From Bdellovibrionota bacterium (GTDB lineage Bacteria > Bdellovibrionota_C > UBA2361 > JBGSMV01): a stretch of 64,000 bases of DNA. Each line of letters starts with the position of its first letter. Within the stretch, counting starts at the first letter, position 1. The notes beneath the pieces were generated by a model. The model was given only the letters and a program-made list of their open reading frames with translations. It did no database searches and was not told the DNA's origin. The stretch spans positions 1 through 64,000 of the forward strand of contig JBGSMV010000061.1 in assembly GCA_041739995.1 (NCBI GenBank), written 5' to 3'. Of this stretch, positions 19,500 through 29,472 are shown piece after piece. Made by a program: the position numbers and the translations under genes.

Positions 19500-19597
19500 G
19501 AGGAATTATTCTCGCCGCTCTGTGTGTGAATATATTTAACGAATTACACAATGAGTGCAGCGAGAATATCGAGAAATATACTCAAATGAATTTCTAA
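19500..19597 (+). repeat. Dispersed intergenic repeat family B, copy 1
   Basis: 26-bp core ATATATTTAACGAATTACACAATGAG (19530-19555) is identical to the reverse complement at 25842-25867. Confidence 0.85.
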
Positions 19598-19608
19598 CTC
19601 ACGGGACA

Positions 19609-22107
19609 CTAGCTCAAAGCCGAATCGAGAAAGCTTTCAAGCAACTGCATCGGATACAGTGGCGGCGTTTCTGCCAGGCCTTGGTGATAGAGAACGGTGG
19701 AAGGTGTAAGTCCCGGGACGGTATTGGCCTCAATGACCATAATATCTCCGCTGTCGATATTCATAAACGCGTCGATTCTGGCGAAGCCAGAGATTCCAAG
19801 CTTCATCGCAACTTTTGCAATGCTCAAACGCACACGCTCCCGCACTGACTCACTCACGAGGCTCTCAGGCGGCGGAGTAATGTTGATACCAGTACCGCCC
19901 TGAAACTTTTCCTCAAGCGACAAGACTGAAGAGCTTGCCACTGTAATACTTGGATTCATGGCCTTCATTGCGCCTTGAGTGCCTCTGACGCCGACGGTTA
20001 TTTCGACCCAACGCGGACCGTCTTTAGGCCAGGAGAGTTGTGCTCCCTGCGCTTGAATCCGAAGTGTCTCAATAAATGGTTCAAATATGAGTTGCTCGGG
20101 GCACGAAGGGGGCATCTCGATAATGCCCGATTGATCGCTAAGGGTGTGCGCTGGAATTCTCTCCGCTCCAAGTTGTATGAATTTAAGATAGTGTTCAAGG
20201 TCAGCGGCGCTGCATAGCTTTGCGACGCCCGCTGAACATCCATCTCCCAGGGGTTTCACGATTAGATTGACTTGTCCCAGGTAACTTTGAAACTGAGGGA
20301 AGATCTCCTCAAGATTTAGTTCCTGCAACTCAGAAGGGCTCTTAAGAACTTTGAGGGCACTAAAGATGCCCTCAGCTTCAAGATGACTGAGTGTTACTCC
20401 TGTTTGAAACTTATCCATGCAAAGCGCGGATGCGACCGAATTCGAGCCGGTATATGCGGTGCCATGGGAGTCCAGTAGCTTCTGTAACTCTCCGTTCTCT
20501 CCGATGCCGCCATGCAGGGCGATAAATACGACCTTTGATTCCATGGCAAGTGTGTTGAGCGAGAGCAGGCGAGGCGTGAAGTGGCGTTCAGAAAAGAAAC
20601 TCTCTGGCGCAGCGAGCTCTTGATATATTCTTTCTCGAATTGGGCCGACGCGCGCCTCACGCGCAGCGGTGTCTTTGCACAGCTCTGCGATTTCTTCCAC
20701 CGTATGGTAGAGCGCGAGGCAGTAGGGAAGTTCCCAAACCTGCTGTTGGGCCTGCTGTTGGGCCTGCTGTTGGGCATCAAGCAGAAACGGAGTAGGACGA
20801 TAGCGAGCAGAGCGCTTAAGCTTTAACCATACATTAGTGCCGCTCATTACGGACACCTGACGCTCAGCCGAGTTGCCGCCGAATATCACACTAATGGGGC
20901 AAGGTGCGACGGAGCGGTGTTGTTCGGGTTTTGGAGTGACAGTTTCAGGGAGAGCTACACCTTGTCTCTGGCATGAATGGAAAAGAACATAGCGCAATAC
21001 ATCGCGGTGGCTCATGCCGAGCTGAGAAGCTTGAATGAACAAGAAGCTGTTCTGCTCCATGCCGCTGATGGGGTTGAAGTCAGGAAAATAAATGCGCCCG
21101 TCGTTAAGAACCCAGCCATCAAATCGGGCAAAATCACGCATGCCGAGAAGTTTGAAAAGCTTAGCGGCGAGAGAGCGAATCTCCTGCAGGACAGCTTCGC
21201 CAAAGCGAGCAGGGCAATGATATGATACCTGACGAGTGGCGAGGTATTTCCGTCGGTAGTCAAAGATTTGATCGTCGCCATAGTCCATCGATACTTCGAT
21301 TGGGACGAGAGCCACCGGTTCTTCGCTCTTATTCTCTAAGATTACTACAGTGAACTCGGTTCCCTGACAAAAGGGTTCTAACACCGCACGATGATCTATT
21401 TTCTGCTCGAAAATCTTCCTTGCTGCCGCAGCGGCCTCGGCAGGAGTTCTTACTGAGGTGACTGCAATGCTCGATCCGCCTTGAGAAGGCTTTACTATGC
21501 CTCTGGTAAGCGTATGCAATTTGAAGAAGTTCTGAATCGCTTCGCTGTCATGAATGTTATCCTCACGCAATTCGAGCTGTGGAATACTGTGAAAACCATG
21601 ACTCTGAATGAGCTTAGAAACACCAATCTTATTAAATGCAACTTCGCAGGCCGCAGAGGGCGAGCCCACGAACGGGCATTTGCAATCTTCTAATAACTTT
21701 TGCAGCTCGCCATCTTCGCCGAACTGTCCGTGAATGGCGGGGAAGGCGATGTCGACCTGGCCCAGTAACTCTCGAAGTGCCTCAGGCGAGAGCTGTCGAG
21801 CGCTCTCTTGCAGTTTGAAGTCAAAATCCGACGGGGTGTTGGAATAGAGCTGGGCTCTGGAGATCTGGTAGGGGACCTTATCTTGGTTGAAATAAATCGG
21901 AGTGATGTCGATGTCGTCGTCACTTAGGTGATCCGCGATAGAGCGTGCCGAGTTAAGCGATATTCCACGCTCAAGCGAGGGCCCTCCACACAGTACGGCC
22001 ACATTAAGGCTGGAGCGTGCGGAGGTGAGACGCTTAGCGGAGGAGGGTTCAGAAGCTCCCGGGGAGTGTTTTTCCTCTTTTCCTTTCGATCGTGCTCCGG
22101 CGGCCAT
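19609..22107 (-). CDS. ddl: Tandem two-domain D-Ala-D-Ala ligase (plant-type architecture)
   Basis: Two ATP-grasp units: GGPSLERGISLNSARS/HGQFGEDG/DFNPISG and GGNSAERQVSVMSG/HGGIGENG/EANTVPG. Confidence 0.88.
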   Translation of the reverse strand: MAAGARSKGKEEKHSPGASEPSSAKRLTSARSSLNVAVLCGGPSLERGISLNSARSIADHLSDDDIDITPIYFNQDKVPYQISRAQLYSNTPSDFDFKLQESARQLSPEALRELLGQVDIAFPAIHGQFGEDGELQKLLEDCKCPFVGSPSAACEVAFNKIGVSKLIQSHGFHSIPQLELREDNIHDSEAIQNFFKLHTLTRGIVKPSQGGSSIAVTSVRTPAEAAAAARKIFEQKIDHRAVLEPFCQGTEFTVVILENKSEEPVALVPIEVSMDYGDDQIFDYRRKYLATRQVSYHCPARFGEAVLQEIRSLAAKLFKLLGMRDFARFDGWVLNDGRIYFPDFNPISGMEQNSFLFIQASQLGMSHRDVLRYVLFHSCQRQGVALPETVTPKPEQHRSVAPCPISVIFGGNSAERQVSVMSGTNVWLKLKRSARYRPTPFLLDAQQQAQQQAQQQVWELPYCLALYHTVEEIAELCKDTAAREARVGPIRERIYQELAAPESFFSERHFTPRLLSLNTLAMESKVVFIALHGGIGENGELQKLLDSHGTAYTGSNSVASALCMDKFQTGVTLSHLEAEGIFSALKVLKSPSELQELNLEEIFPQFQSYLGQVNLIVKPLGDGCSAGVAKLCSAADLEHYLKFIQLGAERIPAHTLSDQSGIIEMPPSCPEQLIFEPFIETLRIQAQGAQLSWPKDGPRWVEITVGVRGTQGAMKAMNPSITVASSSVLSLEEKFQGGTGINITPPPESLVSESVRERVRLSIAKVAMKLGISGFARIDAFMNIDSGDIMVIEANTVPGLTPSTVLYHQGLAETPPLYPMQLLESFLDSALS

Positions 22108-22351
22108 GAGAATAATTCCTTAGCAGTTAAGGGCTTCCGAGCACTCTAGTATGTGCCAAGTGTGGCGAACATACCCTGTGGAATTTTTTGGATAAGAGCT
22201 CTCAGTGGAGGGCGGGTTTAGGAACAGGGCCTCCTTGGTTGTCCTTTGCTTGCTTCTAGTGAGTAGATCTCGGCATTTGGGAATGCTTGGAATTAACTGC
22301 GTAGATACCCTATACTCTTGAATCACACCCATTGATGAGGCGTAAAACAGT

Positions 22352-23710
22352 ATGCAGCTTGCCGAGCGACTAAGTAACTTAGCCCAAAAACGTTCCAAAG
22401 CTCAGGGCCGAGCGCTGGAGAGGAGCGCGGTGAATCAATCAGCGAATCAAGCAGTGGATAAATCGGCTCAGCCAGTACTCCAGGTCGCTCCTCGTTTAGT
22501 CGCAGAGCGTCCCCCGCGAGAGATCCCGGGGACTCCTCAATTCGATCCGGTAGTAGAGGTAATAGAGTCGGCCATTAAGGATGGAGCTATTCCGGGTGCG
22601 GTGGTGCTCGTGGCACAGAGTGGGCGGGTAGAGTTCTTCCGCGCATTTGGAAACCGTAGCCCTCGAGTCGCAAAAGCCCCAGAACCTGGTGCCATGCAGG
22701 TTGAGACGGTTTTCGACGTAGCCTCACTTACAAGTGCTGCGGTCACCACCACACTGGTGATGAAGTTGGTTGAGGCCGGGATGTTTTCGCCAGATGAGCG
22801 AGTTTGTCGCTACGAACAGTCCTTCGGGATTCTTGGAAAATCACCGATCACCATCGCTCAACTGCTTAGCCACACTTCCGGACTACCGGTCTGGTTGCCG
22901 TTCTTTGAAGAGCTACTCCGTGAGAACGCCGGATCGCGACGGGGCGTGATAACGAGCCGCGGGGCCCGAGACTATATATACAACGCCATTAATAGATTGC
23001 AGGTCAAACCAAACACTTCATCCGGGCGTCCAGCGTTCAGTGATGTGGGAGTGATTTTGCTTGGGCACTTGATTGAGATGCTCACCGGGGCAGGGCTCGA
23101 AAAGGCCGCCACTCGACTTATTTTCCACCCGCTTTTGATGAAGAGCACCAGCTTTGTTGATCTTTCCATGATTAAGCGGCGCGGAATTCATCCGGTCACT
23201 GACCTGATTGCGCCCACAGAAGATTGCCCATGGAGAGAGCGCTCGTTGTGCGGCGAGGTGCATGACGACAACGCCTGGGTGATGGGCGGCATTGCCGGTC
23301 ACAGCGGCTTGTTCACCACCGCCTGGGATTTGCATCGCCTTTCTTTTGAGTTGCTGGCTTGTTTTCATGGCAAGAGTGATTTTGTTGCCCGGGAACTAGT
23401 GACCCATTTCTGGAGAGGCCCCGGCGAATACTCTGAAGGTTGGCGCTATGGCTGGGATAGCCCTAGTGCGGAGAATCAACTGGGTGGTCTAGGATTCAGT
23501 CCTCAAACGGTGGGGCAGAACTCGTTTACTGGTTGTTCTTTATGGATCGATCCGCAGCGCGAACTTGAGATAATCGTGATGAGCAATCGAATCTGCCCCT
23601 CGCGCAATAACAAGAAGTTTCTTCAAATTCGCCCAGAGCTTCATCGCCGCATCTTGCGAGCAGTCGATGGTGGTACTGAAGGCGGTGCAGAAGGCAGTTC
23701 GGGGCGCTAG
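22352..23710 (+). CDS. Beta-lactamase class C-like serine hydrolase with degenerate catalytic motifs
   Basis: PGAVV, FDVASLTS, LLSHTSGL, GEVHDDNA, AGHSGLF, FTGCSLWIDP. Confidence 0.85.
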   Translation: MQLAERLSNLAQKRSKAQGRALERSAVNQSANQAVDKSAQPVLQVAPRLVAERPPREIPGTPQFDPVVEVIESAIKDGAIPGAVVLVAQSGRVEFFRAFGNRSPRVAKAPEPGAMQVETVFDVASLTSAAVTTTLVMKLVEAGMFSPDERVCRYEQSFGILGKSPITIAQLLSHTSGLPVWLPFFEELLRENAGSRRGVITSRGARDYIYNAINRLQVKPNTSSGRPAFSDVGVILLGHLIEMLTGAGLEKAATRLIFHPLLMKSTSFVDLSMIKRRGIHPVTDLIAPTEDCPWRERSLCGEVHDDNAWVMGGIAGHSGLFTTAWDLHRLSFELLACFHGKSDFVARELVTHFWRGPGEYSEGWRYGWDSPSAENQLGGLGFSPQTVGQNSFTGCSLWIDPQRELEIIVMSNRICPSRNNKKFLQIRPELHRRILRAVDGGTEGGAEGSSGR

Positions 23711-23733
23711 GATTTTTCAGGATTCAGACTCAT

Positions 23734-24822
23734 ATGTGGGATCGTTTGGCCGCCGTTGAGCGCCGCTTCGAAGAGATTTCAGCGCTCGTCTCATCTCCTG
23801 AAATCATCTCGAATCGGGAACTGTTTCAAAAGTATACTCGCGAGCACAAAGAGCTCTCCGAAATTGTGGCAACATTCCGTGCTTATCGTAAGGCGTCGGA
23901 GGAGTTAGCCGGCAGTCGTGAGATGATCTCTCGCGAGAAAGACCCTGAGATGATCGCGGTAGCAAAAGAAGAAAGTCTTTTGCTTGAAAAGGAGGTCGAA
24001 GAGCTTGAGAAGCGTCTTAAACTAGCGCTGCTTCCTAAAGACCCTAACGATCGCAAAAATGTCATCATGGAAATACGTGCTGGTGCGGGTGGCGATGAAG
24101 CAGGGCTTTTCGCTGGCGAACTTTTCCGAGCTTATAGTCGCTATTGTCAGATGAGACGGTGGAAAGTCGAGTTGTTGGAAACTTCAGTCGCTTCCGCAGG
24201 TGGATACAAAGAGATTATTGCCACCATTATTGGCGAAGGTGCCTATAGTCGTTTTAAGTATGAGCGCGGCGTGCATCGTGTGCAGAGAGTTCCAGAAACC
24301 GAAGCGCAGGGGCGCGTGCATACTTCGACTATAACGGTAGCGGTTCTGCCCGAGGCCGAGGAAGTAGATATCAAGATAGAAGATAAGGATCTCCGCATCG
24401 ACGTGTATCGCGCAGGCGGGCCTGGCGGGCAGAGCGTCAACACCACTGATTCTGCGGTACGCATTACGCATATTCCCACTGGCTTGGTGGTGGCGATGCA
24501 GGACGAAAAATCTCAGCACAAGAACCGGGATAAGGGAATGCGAGTGCTGCGTTCGCGCCTCTTGGATTTAAAGATTGCTGAGCAGGACGCAAAGCGCCAG
24601 GCAGACCGTCGCGGTCAGGTCGGAAGCGGGGACCGTTCGGAGAAGATTCGCACCTATAATTTCCCACAGAGTCGCGTAACGGATCATCGCATTGGCCTTT
24701 CGGTGTATTCTCTGGCGGAGGTGATGGAAGGCGATGTTGATCAGTTGATTGATCCGCTCATAACGCACTTTCAAGCCGAAGCCTTGCAGGAAGGGCGCTC
24801 GGGGGATTCAGAGCTGAACTAG
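23734..24822 (+). CDS. prfA: Peptide chain release factor 1
   Basis: EIRAGAGGDEA, VQRVPETE (PxT motif), GGQ, RTYNFPQ. Confidence 0.97.
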   Translation: MWDRLAAVERRFEEISALVSSPEIISNRELFQKYTREHKELSEIVATFRAYRKASEELAGSREMISREKDPEMIAVAKEESLLLEKEVEELEKRLKLALLPKDPNDRKNVIMEIRAGAGGDEAGLFAGELFRAYSRYCQMRRWKVELLETSVASAGGYKEIIATIIGEGAYSRFKYERGVHRVQRVPETEAQGRVHTSTITVAVLPEAEEVDIKIEDKDLRIDVYRAGGPGGQSVNTTDSAVRITHIPTGLVVAMQDEKSQHKNRDKGMRVLRSRLLDLKIAEQDAKRQADRRGQVGSGDRSEKIRTYNFPQSRVTDHRIGLSVYSLAEVMEGDVDQLIDPLITHFQAEALQEGRSGDSELN

Positions 24823-24827
24823 CCTGC

Positions 24828-25791
24828 GTGAGCCGGCTGTTTGATCGACTCCGTCGTCAGCAAAGATGCTCGCAAGCAACTACACGCAAGATTCGAAGCT
24901 CTTTTTTTCTGAGTGGATCTAATCAGATTGAAATTGACCAGACGGTGCGAGAGTCGCTCGCAGGACGAGGCAGCAAATTTACTTTGCACGGACACTCCTT
25001 CAACGAAATTGTGTGGCATTTTCCTGAGATTCAGCTACCAGAGCTGCTTTGGAAAGGAGGCATTCCAGAATTATATGCTCGACCGGATATTTCTCCGCAC
25101 TCGTTCATAAACGTCTACATCTCAACATTCATAGAGAACGATATCGCCAAGAGTGCTGGGATTTCTAAGATTGAGACATTCCTGACTGTTGCCCGATTAC
25201 TTGCTGCGCGTGTTGGGGGCATTCTTAACCGCGATTCGTTGGGAAATGATGCCGGGGTTGTATCCAAAACTGTTGGGGAATGGATTGATATTCTCACCAG
25301 AATGCATGTGCTTTATCTGCTTCCCGTATATAGCGCCAATCTCAATTCGCGGCTCACGAAGGCTCCAAAAGTATACTTCTTAGACTCTGGCCTCGCGACA
25401 CGGCTCCAAGGGCACCTTGATCAGGGAACGATCCTTGGTGCTCCGCAAGCAGGAGCTCTTTTTTGAGAACCCCGCAGTTGCAGAGATAGTTAAGGCCTGT
25501 GATCATTGGAATATCGCATGTGAGCTCGCTTTCTTGCGCACAAAGGAGGGAGACGAAGTAGACTTAATCATTACTTACGGGACGAAAAAGCTATTTTTTG
25601 AGTTTAAGTTAGCGGTACAGGGTAATGTATCGTTTTAGATCCCACGTTCGTTATGGCGTGAATTCGGAGAGGATTTAGGTGTAGCGCTCGTCAGCGCGGG
25701 TGGGAAAAGAGAACAAATTACTCGCAACCGAGAGCGAGTGCCGATTTTTGAGCTCGGGCGTTTTCTTAAAGAACAGACCGTTGGGCTCTAG
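24828..25791 (+). pseudogene. Degraded AAA ATPase / DUF4143-family gene
   Basis: LSGS, ESLAGR, GGIP, PKVYFLDSGL, EVDLI motifs; no Walker A region; +1 frameshift in a T run near 25459-25464; in-frame TAG at 25636. Confidence 0.8.
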
Positions 25792-25805
25792 GGTCTTGCG
25801 CGAGC

Positions 25806-25905
25806 AGTTCATTTTAGGATCTTCTCGTTGTTCTCGCTAAGCTCATTGTGTAATTCGTTAAATATATCCACAACGAGAGCAGCGAGCGCGGCGATAATAC
25901 TTCGT
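25806..25905 (-). repeat. Dispersed intergenic repeat family B, copy 2
   Basis: Reverse complement aligns to 19500-19597 with a 26-bp identical core. Confidence 0.85.
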
Positions 25906-26088
25906 AGGACTCCTACCCAGGACAACTACTAGGAAGCCGAGGATAGAAGGCTGGACACCCACGCAAGCCGGAGCGAAATATCAAGACAAATCAGAAAGTT
26001 AAAAGAGAATTGTCAGAAATGACCTGTCAGGTCGGAATCGGGTAGGGGTTCAAGGGGCGGTGTGGGGCATCACTTAAGTGAAAACTGA

Positions 26089-26328
26089 TCAGATTAACGA
26101 GCACTGTATCGCGATTGCCACAACGGCGAGCAGGGCGCCCGCTCCTCTGAATATAGTGATAAGCCGTTCTTTGAGTAGTTCTCTGTGATCCTCCTGCTGT
26201 TCTGCTGCGCGTACCTGTGCAGGGGAAGCGAGACGGTGGTGCACATACACCCGGTCGTGCACTCGGGGTTGTCCAACGATAAAGCGTGGGGGTGATTGAG
26301 AAGGGTGTTCGAAAGCGCTGTGTTGCAT
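26089..26328 (-). CDS. Hypothetical small protein with a C-terminal TM segment
   Basis: ATG start, GAAGAG RBS-like sequence, hydrophobic C-terminus. Confidence 0.4.
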   Translation of the reverse strand: MQHSAFEHPSQSPPRFIVGQPRVHDRVYVHHRLASPAQVRAAEQQEDHRELLKERLITIFRGAGALLAVVAIAIQCSLI

Positions 26329-26565
26329 GTCTTGCTCTTCGTTATTGCTATCGTTGAGGCCGCTGGGCTAAGGCTCCGTTAGTCAGGGTTTAATGCAAAA
26401 CCTGGGCCACTGAGTTTCGTAGCCTCAATACGTGAGGTTACCTAGTTTAAACTCGTAGAGCCTTAGTGAGAGACTTGTCAGGGAGTTACGCGTTTTTGAG
26501 CGGCCAGGTGGAAGCTCAGTTGTGGTCTTTGGAGCAGTGAAGAGGCGCGCGAACGGGGATATTCT

Positions 26566-27543
26566 ATGGTGGGATCCAGCCGAAACGAAAAATCCATTGG
26601 CGCGGCGCTGGTCGACGGGTCCGCCAAGCTTTCAGGCCGTTCGAAAACCCCTCGGCTTGATGCGGAGCTACTTCTGGCGCAGGTGCTTGGGTGCACCCGC
26701 CTCGATCTTATCGCTCGAAATGGAGACATCCTCACGCAGCCTCAGCTGGACGCGTTTACTGAACTTTTGGTTCGACGATTTGAGCATGAACCAATCGCTT
26801 ATATCAGGGGTGAGCAGGAGTTCTGGAGCCTCAATCTCAAAGTAACCCCCGACGTGCTCATTCCTCGCCCTGATACCGAGCGGTTGGTGGAACTCGCACT
26901 GAAGTTTCTCGCGCACCTTCACAGTTCGAGGGTACGAAACTCAACGGGAGATACGCCGTTACTAATCCTGGACTTAGGCACAGGCTCGGGCTGTATTTCC
27001 ATCGCACTTTCGCAGGAACTTACGAAGGAGCGCATCGCCCATATTATTGTGGCAACGGACAAGAGTGTCGCGGCGTTAAAAGTTGCGAGAGATAATTTTC
27101 GTGCCTACGGCCTTCTGGGATCTGACGTAGAAGCAGAATCATCGCCCTGTGGGAGGACCATGCTTTTTGCGGGATGCTGGGGCGAGGCAATCGAAGGGCG
27201 CTTCGACTTAATCGTGTCAAATCCGCCGTATGTAGTTCGCGGCGCACCAGGAAACTCGCCGGAAATCGGCTTTGAACCTGAGTCAGCGCTTTTTGCTGAT
27301 GACGCTGGGCTTGCTGAGGTCAAAGAGATTGCAACGCAAGCCCCTCGGCTATTGAACGCCGAGGGGCAGTTGTTGTGCGAGATTGGCGCCGAGCAAGGCC
27401 AAGCTCTGCGGAATCTTGCAAGCTACGCGCCGTTCTCGGAGTTCGCACGCTGCGACATTTTCCAAGACCTTGCGCAGCGTGATCGCGTGCTGTTGTTGTC
27501 AAGAGTTCTCAGCAAAGCAGAGAGCGCCTCACTCGCCGACTAG
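26566..27543 (+). CDS. prmC: Release factor glutamine methyltransferase
   Basis: EPIAYIRG, VLIPRPDTE, LDLGTGSGCI, VSNPPY. Confidence 0.95.
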   Translation: MVGSSRNEKSIGAALVDGSAKLSGRSKTPRLDAELLLAQVLGCTRLDLIARNGDILTQPQLDAFTELLVRRFEHEPIAYIRGEQEFWSLNLKVTPDVLIPRPDTERLVELALKFLAHLHSSRVRNSTGDTPLLILDLGTGSGCISIALSQELTKERIAHIIVATDKSVAALKVARDNFRAYGLLGSDVEAESSPCGRTMLFAGCWGEAIEGRFDLIVSNPPYVVRGAPGNSPEIGFEPESALFADDAGLAEVKEIATQAPRLLNAEGQLLCEIGAEQGQALRNLASYAPFSEFARCDIFQDLAQRDRVLLLSRVLSKAESASLAD

Positions 27544-27821
27544 CCGCGACCAAGTGCCTGAATCGCACGCATCATTACTTCGTGCCCGTTCTGCATCAGT
27601 CTCTGAAAGGCTTCGTAGGCACGCATTGCTCGGTTGTATTCAACTCCTAACGCTTCAGTGCCTTTAGCTTTTGGATCCGAGAGTGCGTCCATGTACCTCT
27701 GTTCAAGGTCACGGAGATTGTTACCAATCTTCTGAGCTAGCGCTGCATCGTCGCTGCGATTTTTCAAATTTGAAACTATCTGCGCAGTGCTTGTGCGTGA
27801 TTCTGTATCAACAGGTGTCAT
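27540..27821 (-). CDS. Small helical protein resembling T3SS needle/rod subunits
   Basis: AGGAG RBS; 93 aa; helix-turn-helix layout with C-terminal amphipathic YEAFQRLMQNGHEVMMRAIQAL; the CDS is well supported but the function is inferred. Confidence 0.55.
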   Translation of the reverse strand: MTPVDTESRTSTAQIVSNLKNRSDDAALAQKIGNNLRDLEQRYMDALSDPKAKGTEALGVEYNRAMRAYEAFQRLMQNGHEVMMRAIQALGRG

Positions 27822-28134
27822 ATGTGTGTCTCCTCATGTCAGGTTCAAGCAGCTCGGTGTTGCCGAGGCTTAGTTTGTCCGGCGGGGGGGTGTCTCCGGC
27901 CCCAGCCTTCGCATGACTATTCGGCGGGACGAAGGAAAAGTTTCCACCCTTAAGTTTCTGGCCAGTTCTCTGGCCAGTTTCATAGGCAAAAAGGGCCATT
28001 TTGACTTGGCTGAAGAGGGCCATTACCCTTCCATCTCGAGGCGTTAGGGAGCACTTAGCCCTTGGGCAATACTTCCTGTATTCTGAGCCTCCGCGCAGGC
28101 CCGGCGAGGAAAAACATATTTCGGTTTAGAGATC

Positions 28135-29424
28135 ATGTCTGAGTTTATTGAGATAGAAGGCGGAGTGCCGCTACACGGGACGGTTAAGGTCGGAGGCGCT
28201 AAGAATGCGGCTCTGCCGATGTTGATTGCGTCCTTGTTGACCTCGGAGCCGGTCGAGTTTTCGAACGTACCAAACCTCGAAGATGTGAACCTTACGCTTT
28301 CGTTGCTGGAGCATTTCGGAGGCGAATGCGAGTTCTTTGGAAGCGAAGCGCGGGTGCGCGTGCCTTCGCTGATTGCCACTGAAGCGAGCTATAGCTTGGT
28401 TAAGGCGTTGCGCGCGTCGTTTTGGGTATTGGCCCCGGTGCTGGCACGAGGTGGCGCGGCGCGAGTGTCCTTGCCTGGTGGAGATATTATCGGTGCGCGA
28501 CCAGTTGACATGCACTTGGCCGGCTTAGAGCGCATGGGCGCTGATCTTAAAGTGAAGCATGGCACTGTCTTTGCGACTGCGCCGCATGGTCTGAAGCCTG
28601 CAAAAATTGAATTGCGATTTCCTTCGGTGGGAGCAACGCATCAGCTCATGATGGCAGCGGCTCTTACTCCCGGCACGACTACTATTTCTGGTGCGGCGAA
28701 AGAGCCTGAAGTTATCGCTCTGGCTGCTATGCTGCATGCCATGGGTGCGGATATTGAAGGTGCTGGTGGGCCTACTATCGCTATTCGCGGCGTTGAGCAG
28801 CTCCACGGTGCAAAAGTACGGTTGATTGGAGACCGTATCGAGGCAGGAACGTACTTGCTCGCCACTGTAGCCACGCGTGGCAAGGTAAGACTTGAGGGCA
28901 TTGACCCGGCATTCTTTGGCGCATTTCTTCCGCTGCTCACAGACGCTGGGGTTCAGATTGCAGTGGGAGAAGATTGGGTTGAGGTTGACGGATCGGCTGG
29001 CATCAAGGCGATGCAAGCATCAACTGGGCCGTTTCCTGAACTCGCCACTGATTTACAAGCGCCTTTGATGGCGGCTCTCGCTACTGCTACTGGAACCTCT
29101 TCCATTGAAGAGAACGTATTCGAAGGGCGCTACGGACATGTTTCTGAGCTTTGTCGTATGGGTGCACACATCACTGTTGATGAACGAGTCGCCAGTGTTC
29201 AGGGGATAGAGCGACTCACCGGCGCGCAAGTTGAAGGCTTTGATATTCGAGCCGCCGCGGCGCTTGTAGTCGCGGCACTTGGTGCAGAGGGTGTCACTGC
29301 TATTCTTGAGCCTCAGCACCTCAGACGCGGGTACGAACATCTCGAACGCAAGCTCTCAGCGCTTGGCGCAAGAATTCGCTGTAGAGCCAGTGATCCAGAG
29401 GACTATTTGTTCGCGGGTTGCTAG
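28135..29424 (+). CDS. murA: UDP-N-acetylglucosamine 1-carboxyvinyltransferase, Asp variant
   Basis: GAKNAALP, LRAS, LPGGDIIGARPVD, SVGAT, DRIEAGT, LRRGYE. Confidence 0.96.
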   Translation: MSEFIEIEGGVPLHGTVKVGGAKNAALPMLIASLLTSEPVEFSNVPNLEDVNLTLSLLEHFGGECEFFGSEARVRVPSLIATEASYSLVKALRASFWVLAPVLARGGAARVSLPGGDIIGARPVDMHLAGLERMGADLKVKHGTVFATAPHGLKPAKIELRFPSVGATHQLMMAAALTPGTTTISGAAKEPEVIALAAMLHAMGADIEGAGGPTIAIRGVEQLHGAKVRLIGDRIEAGTYLLATVATRGKVRLEGIDPAFFGAFLPLLTDAGVQIAVGEDWVEVDGSAGIKAMQASTGPFPELATDLQAPLMAALATATGTSSIEENVFEGRYGHVSELCRMGAHITVDERVASVQGIERLTGAQVEGFDIRAAAALVVAALGAEGVTAILEPQHLRRGYEHLERKLSALGARIRCRASDPEDYLFAGC

Positions 29425-29472
29425 TGTCGTGAGGCAGGAATATTTACCTAAGCAAACTCGCTCGAGGCTCTA

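Noticed and set aside
22139..22160. CIRCE-like or sigma54-like inverted sequence upstream of ddl
   Set aside because: The spacer is 4 nt rather than 9, and GG-N10-GC spacing is not met
26025..26070. tRNA-like GGTTCAAG segment
   Set aside because: No cloverleaf or acceptor stem could be formed
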